Positions 58,270-64,000 of a DNA stretch of 64,000 bases are shown piece by piece. Positions within the stretch are counted from its first letter, which is position 1. Each line of letters begins with the position of its first letter. The notes below the pieces were generated by a model. It had not been told where the DNA came from, searched no databases, and saw only the letters and a program-made list of their open reading frames with translations. The position numbers and the translations under genes were made by a program. This DNA comes from a virus (Duplodnaviria > Caudoviricetes), in IMG/VR virus record IMGVR_UViG_3300038345_000094, positions 1 to 64,000 of that record. One strand, given 5' to 3'.

Positions 58270-59545
58270 ATTCATCAATAGATCCAATCAACCCTATCCG
58301 GAGGGGAAGACAGATACGATCGTAGCGATCAAAGATAATGAACTTCATTTCAAGCTGAAGAACACCAACAGCAAGGCAAGGATGCTCTCCGTTGGAGATA
58401 ATCTCTTCCCGCTGGATGATGATCTCGTGCTGTCTGGAGTCGACCTTATGTTCTCGTCCAACTATGGACATTATGTAATGGTATCCAAGGGCGACATCCC
58501 TACGGATCACATTATCTTAGGTCGTGGTCGCTATCCGTATTCCTTCTCTCGGGAGTACGAAGCTGTGCGCCATTTCGATATCTTCAAGGATACTGCAGAA
58601 CTGGTAGATCCCAAGAAGCTCCGCCTCGTATCGCCGACTCATACTTTCGGCATCGAGTTCGAAACATCTGCTGGCTATCTTCCGCAAGAGCTGTGTTTCA
58701 AAACGGGTCTCATTCCGTTAAGAGACGGTTCGATTGGTGCCTGTGAGTACTCCACAATCGTCTTGAAGGGTGCTCAAGGTCTCGACCTGCTTCGTAAGCA
58801 GGCCGACACGCTGAAGCAGTACACTGTCTTTGACAAGGAGTGTGCGCTTCATATGCACCTCGGTGGATTTCCACTCTCCTCAAAGGCTTTGTTCATCCTT
58901 TATGCCATGTGCTTCTACCTCGAGAGAAACATGTATGAGAACATGATTCCTCGGCTGTCGTTCAGAACGGCAGACTACAAGGCAAATGGCAAGGATTACT
59001 GCCTTAAACTGCCAGAGTTCCATTCCTTCTTAGACCTGTATAAGTTCTTCGTTGGAAGAGACTATGGCGGTAGTCTCAGCCAGCCGCATCCCGATGATCC
59101 TACTCGGGAGCGTAAATGGCAGATTCACAACAGGTATTATGGGTTAAACCTGATCAACATGTTGTGCTATAAGTCTCCCAAGACCGTAGAATTTCGGTTT
59201 TTACGGCCGACATATAACTGGAAGAAGCTGTTCTTCTGGGTATATTACTTCGATATGCTCCTCTGTATTGCCGAGAAGCTGCAACAGAAGTTAATCAACA
59301 AGGAGTTTACCTATATCTTCGATGCCGTTTATAAGTTCATGGCGAAAATGCCGCCAACTGAGCTGATTAACGACTATACGGATAATGAATCCCTGCGGGC
59401 CTTCATGAAGGGCATGATGAAAGCCAATGCGGCTGTTGTCAACAGTCAGGGTCAAGTGAACGACTTCTGTGGCAGACGTATCGACATTGAAGATGTCATT
59501 ATCAACAGGTGGTTCTACGACTCCGGGATCGACTTGGAGAAGTAA
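58262..59545 (+). CDS. Putative amidoligase (GS/GCS-fold, Amidoligase_2-like)
   Basis: TFGIEFET, RDGSI...EY, CALHMH, RYYGLN, TVEFR. Confidence 0.85.
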   Translation: MIEFINRSNQPYPEGKTDTIVAIKDNELHFKLKNTNSKARMLSVGDNLFPLDDDLVLSGVDLMFSSNYGHYVMVSKGDIPTDHIILGRGRYPYSFSREYEAVRHFDIFKDTAELVDPKKLRLVSPTHTFGIEFETSAGYLPQELCFKTGLIPLRDGSIGACEYSTIVLKGAQGLDLLRKQADTLKQYTVFDKECALHMHLGGFPLSSKALFILYAMCFYLERNMYENMIPRLSFRTADYKANGKDYCLKLPEFHSFLDLYKFFVGRDYGGSLSQPHPDDPTRERKWQIHNRYYGLNLINMLCYKSPKTVEFRFLRPTYNWKKLFFWVYYFDMLLCIAEKLQQKLINKEFTYIFDAVYKFMAKMPPTELINDYTDNESLRAFMKGMMKANAAVVNSQGQVNDFCGRRIDIEDVIINRWFYDSGIDLEK

Positions 59546-59550
59546 CCTGA

Positions 59551-60012
59551 ATGTCTAGCAATAAAAAGGTAAAGAATGCCAGCCCAACAAAAGCGGATGG
59601 GATAGAATTCAAATCCCGGTTAGAAGCAAACACTTATAAGCGGCTGAAAGACGAAGGTTTTTCACCGCAATATGAGCGATTGTATTTTGACCTGATAGAC
59701 GCATTCTATCCCCGTAGCGCTTGTTACGATAAGCACTACGACCGCTCTTTGAAGGACAAAGTGTTTGGTCTTAACACCGTTAAAGTCCAAGCCATTACCT
59801 ACACGCCAGATTTTACCTTTATGTACAAAGATAGACTCATAGTCATCGAGTGCAAAGGTAAACCGAATGACGTGTTTCCACTCAAGAAAAAGCTCTTTCG
59901 TAGGTGGATGGATAAATACACCCATCTTACGGGAGTGAGTATCTTATACTTCGAAATTCATTCTCTGGATGAATTAGAAGAGAGCATCGAAGTAATTCGA
60001 TCGCTAAACTGA
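59551..60012 (+). CDS. DUF1064-like PD-(D/E)XK endonuclease
   Basis: DGIEFKSRLEA, YTPDF...IECKG. Confidence 0.8.
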   Translation: MSSNKKVKNASPTKADGIEFKSRLEANTYKRLKDEGFSPQYERLYFDLIDAFYPRSACYDKHYDRSLKDKVFGLNTVKVQAITYTPDFTFMYKDRLIVIECKGKPNDVFPLKKKLFRRWMDKYTHLTGVSILYFEIHSLDELEESIEVIRSLN

Positions 60013-60019
60013 CCTTGAA

Positions 60020-60373
60020 ATGGCAAAGAGCATAACACAGAGGATCGAATATCTGTTAGGGTCACTACCCGACACTGACATTCCCATTGCCAGAAAGTAT
60101 TTCGCTAATCATCAATATGAAGAGATACGTGAACTCACGGTCTCTGCCATAACGAAGATTAAGAAGGCAAGAGGATCTAACGACATAAGCAAAATCCAGA
60201 AGTATGCGTACATCACTGATAAGCGCATGCTTGATATGATGAAGCTTAACATAGAGTTAGACAACTACCTCGCCCTCTTGGAAGAGATTCTCGGACAAGA
60301 CGACGACGTAGAAGAACCTGACTTTATGGATATCGATCCTGACATGTTATCTGAGGAAGACATTTATGGCTAG
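60020..60373 (+). CDS. Hypothetical protein
   Basis: 117 aa, acidic tail. Confidence 0.55.
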   Translation: MAKSITQRIEYLLGSLPDTDIPIARKYFANHQYEEIRELTVSAITKIKKARGSNDISKIQKYAYITDKRMLDMMKLNIELDNYLALLEEILGQDDDVEEPDFMDIDPDMLSEEDIYG

Positions 60374-61448
60374 TCGAAAATCAATCCTTGACATCGCCTG
60401 GAATGTGCCTGAAGAGACATATCGAAGCGACCCGTCGTATCACTATTCTTTGCTGTCAGATTTTCGAAATAAGGGCATTCATTTCGCGAATGAACTACTG
60501 AATCCACCCGAGGAGAGAAAGCCCTCCAAATCGCTTATTTTCGGGTCTCTCGTTGATGCTATGCTTACCGACGAGAGTAAACTGGAGCAGTTCGAGAATA
60601 TCGGCAGAGAAGAAGACGTAGTAAAACTCACGGCCACAGAGTTAAAGGTGGCAACATATATACTTGAGAACCAAGATTTCTTCCCGCTTCAATTATTGAA
60701 GACAGACTCTGGTATATTCTATCAATGTTTCGTCGATTGTGATGCATATACGACAAGTAAGCCTCAGACAATTCTTGACAAACACGGAGACAGAATACTT
60801 GATTATCTCGAGAAGTCTCTTGTGATAACTGGAGATAAATACCAAGTCACCGAGGAAGACTGGGTTGATGCGCTTGAATGCAAGGCAGCTATACTCGAAT
60901 CATCAATGGGGAAGTACTTCAATGCTCTCCCGTTTGATGGTGATATTGAACGAGTGAATCAGCTCAAGTTGAAATGGAGAGATCCGAAGACCGGAATCAC
61001 TTATCGAGTGATGCTTGATAATGTCTATGTAGATCATGACAATAAGATAATCCAGCCTAATGATGTGAAGACGTCCTCTTCTTACGAGGACGAGTTTTAC
61101 AATAGTTTCATCAAATGGAATTATGACATTCAGGCTAGATTATATTGGCGTGTCCTGTATAACATACTCAAGGAAGACCCGTATTTCAAGGACTTCACGA
61201 TTCTACCATTCCAGTTCTTGGTTGTTTCAAGATATTCCAAAACGCCTATCATATGGCGTTACGACGATTGTGTAAAACCCGGAGAGCTTGTCTACCACAA
61301 GCGCAACGGAAGTGTGATCGTCCTCGAAGATCCTTTTGATATTGGATTCAGACTGCAGAAGGCAGCAGACAGAGCCTGTGCCATACAGGAAGGCATCTCT
61401 ACCGTAAGCAGCAATCTGATTGAGTATTGGATCGAAAATGGCAGCTAA
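60366..61448 (+). CDS. PD-(D/E)XK exonuclease (RecE/exoVIII-like)
   Basis: FGSLVD, MLD...D.KT, YDIQARLY. Confidence 0.75.
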   Translation: MASRKSILDIAWNVPEETYRSDPSYHYSLLSDFRNKGIHFANELLNPPEERKPSKSLIFGSLVDAMLTDESKLEQFENIGREEDVVKLTATELKVATYILENQDFFPLQLLKTDSGIFYQCFVDCDAYTTSKPQTILDKHGDRILDYLEKSLVITGDKYQVTEEDWVDALECKAAILESSMGKYFNALPFDGDIERVNQLKLKWRDPKTGITYRVMLDNVYVDHDNKIIQPNDVKTSSSYEDEFYNSFIKWNYDIQARLYWRVLYNILKEDPYFKDFTILPFQFLVVSRYSKTPIIWRYDDCVKPGELVYHKRNGSVIVLEDPFDIGFRLQKAADRACAIQEGISTVSSNLIEYWIENGS

Positions 61449-64000
61449 TGATTAAATACGTAACAAAACGAGACGGTAAAGTTCAGGAATTCACGAGTGA
61501 TAAAATCCTCAATGCAATCAAGAAGGCTTTCAAGGAAGTCTTCGGTGATGAAGATGTATCTGAGAAGATAAGTACCGCATTTGCGTCGGTAATGGCTAGG
61601 ATTGAAAGCCTGCCAGACAAGACGCATATCGAGAAAATCCAAGATATCATTGAGGAGGAGCTCATACATACTGGACAACTCAATGTTGCGAGGAAGTTCA
61701 TAGCTTACCGCAATCAGCGTAATCTCGCCAGAAAAGCAGACACTATCAAGATTTTCGATAGTATCATTCAGGCACAAGCAAACGATATCACTAGAGAGAA
61801 TGCGAATATGAACGCAGATACTCCCGCTGGTATGATGATGAAGTTTGCTTCTGAGACAACTAAGACTTATGTCGATGAAGTACTCCTTTCACCGGATGTG
61901 GCTGATGCTGTGAAGAACAATATCATTCATATTCACGACAAGGATTACTATCCTACGAAGTCACTTACTTGTCTTCAGCATCCGCTTGATAGATTACTTA
62001 AGAACGGATTTGTTTGTGGGCATGGCGAGGCTAGACCAGCGAAACGAATAGAGACAGCTACTGCGCTTACAGAAGTGTCTCTGCAGGCCATACAAAATGA
62101 GATGCATAGATTACTGTGCATGCTATCAGTAATGATAGAAAAATATAAACGATGTGAACCGGTTCATCAGCCGGGTGTGACGAAAGTTGCTAACGGGAGA
62201 AAAGCCCAATATCCCGTGCTAAGCTTCACTTTTTGTTGATTTTTCTTGCATATGTCAAATATTATTCTTATATTTGTATTATGAAGAAAATTAATGAATT
62301 ATTCAGTCTTGAATGGGCGTCAGATTGCTATTTTATTGACGATGATCTTAATATCGTTAATATAAAGACAGGTAATCTAAAATCGAAAACCATAGGGAAA
62401 AGAGGCTATTACTATGTTACCCTTAATAGAAGAGATGATAATAAACAAATTAAAGTATATTATCATAAAATCGTAGCATTAGCCTTTATTCACAATGGAC
62501 CATATGATGTGATTAATCACATAGATGGAAATAAATTAAACGACTCTGTTTCGAATTTAGAATTTTGTTCTCAGAAGCACAATGTACAACATGCTTTTAA
62601 GACAAAACTTGTGAATAGAAATGAGAAAAAGTTTTTAATTCGATTTTTAGATGGCGGTGAATGTGTAATGACAGCAAAAGACGCAAATAACATTATTGGT
62701 ATCCCAAGGGTTACGTTATATGACTTATATTATAAGCATTCTCGTTCTCCTAAGTGGTCTATAGCTGAAGTAATAAGTGAAGAAAGTGTAGAGACTATCG
62801 AAAGCAAATAACCGCATAAGGAGTTATTTGCAAGTAGAGTAGGACGGAGATGATGCCGTCCGAAGCGCATCGGGCCCTACGCGTGAAGGCGAGGGCTGTG
62901 AGATAGTCCATAAGAACCTATGGGTGGGCAATCTATTCCTGCAATTGATTTCTATCTTGCGCCGTTTGTGAAGATGGCATTCAAAGAAGAACTCAAGAAA
63001 ATAGCGGAACTGTATCCCCATATACCTAAAGATGCATTCGTCAAGGAACTTGATGTTGATGTTAAGGAATACATAAAGAAAGAAGTCGATCCTAAGAGTT
63101 CTACACACGATATGATTATCCAGTATGCGATTAATCGTACCGTTGATAGGGTTCATCAGGCGATTGAAAGCTTTATCCATAATGCCAATATCATTCATTC
63201 TCGTGGCGGAAATCAGGTTGTATTCTCGTCGATTAACTTCGGTACAGATACATCACCTGAAGGTCGTTGCATCATCAGAGAGATTCTCAACTGTACTTAT
63301 GAAGGAGTTGGTTTCGGTTCTACCGCAATCTTCCCGATTAGCATTCTGAAAATCAAAGATGGTGTCAATGTCAAGCCGGGTGATCCTAACTACGATCTGT
63401 TCAAGTTTGCCTGCAGGGTGACAGCAAAGCGCTTCTTCCCTAACTTCCTGAATCTCGATGCTTCTTATAACGTCGATGATGCGTGGAAACCAGATGATCC
63501 GATGAGATATATGCATGAAGTCGCAACCATGGGTTGTAGAACTCGCGTGTATGGCAATCTCTTCGGCCCTAAGACATCTGTCGGTAGAGGTAATCTTAGC
63601 TTCACTACTGTTAATATTGTTCGTCTTGCGCTGGAGTGTATGGATATCAAGGATAAAGAAGAGCGCATCAACGCATTCTTTCGCAAGTTCGATCTTGCCC
63701 TTGATATCGCGGCAAAACAGCTTAATGAGAGGTATAACTTCCAAGCCACTGGTGTTGCAAAACAATTCCCTATGCTTATGAGCGGAATGTGGCTTGGTAG
63801 TGAGAATCTCAAACCTGACGATCCAGTCGGTCCTGTGTTGAATCAAGGCACTCTGTCGATGGGATTCATTGGGCTGGCTGAATGCCTGATTGCACTCATT
63901 GGTAAGCACCACGGCGAAAGCGAAGAGGCTCAACAGCTTGGATTGAGTATTATCTCCCACATGAGAGAGAAAGTGGATGGCTATTCACAGAAGTATCAGC
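61448..64000 (+). CDS. nrdD: Anaerobic (class III) ribonucleotide reductase, exons 61448-62107 and 62923->64000 (partial)
   Basis: ATP-cone VTKRDG; HIHDKD; spliced QNEMH|GGQSIP; SRGGNQ..FSSINFG; MGCRT; GRGNLSFTTVN. Confidence 0.92.
62245..62278 (+). promoter_or_regulatory. Intron-internal Bacteroidota-type promoter
   Basis: CTTG...TATATTTGTA directly before the HEG ATG. Confidence 0.55.
62281..62811 (+). CDS. HNH homing endonuclease
   Basis: YYHKIVA..F...INHIDGNKLNDSVSNLEF...N..HA. Confidence 0.9.
   Translation: MKKINELFSLEWASDCYFIDDDLNIVNIKTGNLKSKTIGKRGYYYVTLNRRDDNKQIKVYYHKIVALAFIHNGPYDVINHIDGNKLNDSVSNLEFCSQKHNVQHAFKTKLVNRNEKKFLIRFLDGGECVMTAKDANNIIGIPRVTLYDLYYKHSRSPKWSIAEVISEESVETIESK

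Larger units (their letters stand above)
62108..62922 (+). mobile_element. Group I intron in nrdD
   Basis: P1 ATGCAT/GTGCAT with U:G; core AGACTA...GAGATAGTCC; ends in G. Confidence 0.88.

Overview
A 64-kb segment of a crAss-like bacteriophage (Crassvirales; the major capsid protein closely resembles that of phiCrAss001 as I recall it) with a Bacteroidota host, inferred from about ten TTTG-N(~19-21)-TAnnTTTG promoters. The standard genetic code is used. Positions 1-34.1 kb (minus strand) hold the late module: capsid block, three large fibre/adhesin genes, lysis genes, portal, terminase, a GG-motif lysozyme polyprotein, an exonuclease and a tyrosine recombinase. Transcription diverges at about 34.5-34.8 kb. 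The plus-strand arm holds small early ORFs interleaved with 10 tRNAs (an 11th, tRNA-Trp, is in the late arm), one aberrant tRNA-like RNA and several structured non-coding segments. Next come a degenerate SF2 helicase, a DnaB helicase split by two group I introns, an AAA ATPase, a primase, a six-gene ATP-grasp/amidoligase/amidotransferase cluster, two nucleases and an intron-split nrdD running off the right edge. The most interesting leads are: (i) a GC-shifted receptor-binding cassette bounded by inverted ~26-bp sites that recur beside the tyrosine recombinase; (ii) the peptide-ligase cluster; (iii) tRNA-linked structured or antisense RNAs and a tRNA mimic; (iv) a shared GG-K/R-L motif and shared N-terminal docking modules among virion proteins. 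All protein calls come from motif reading and recall; no searches were run.
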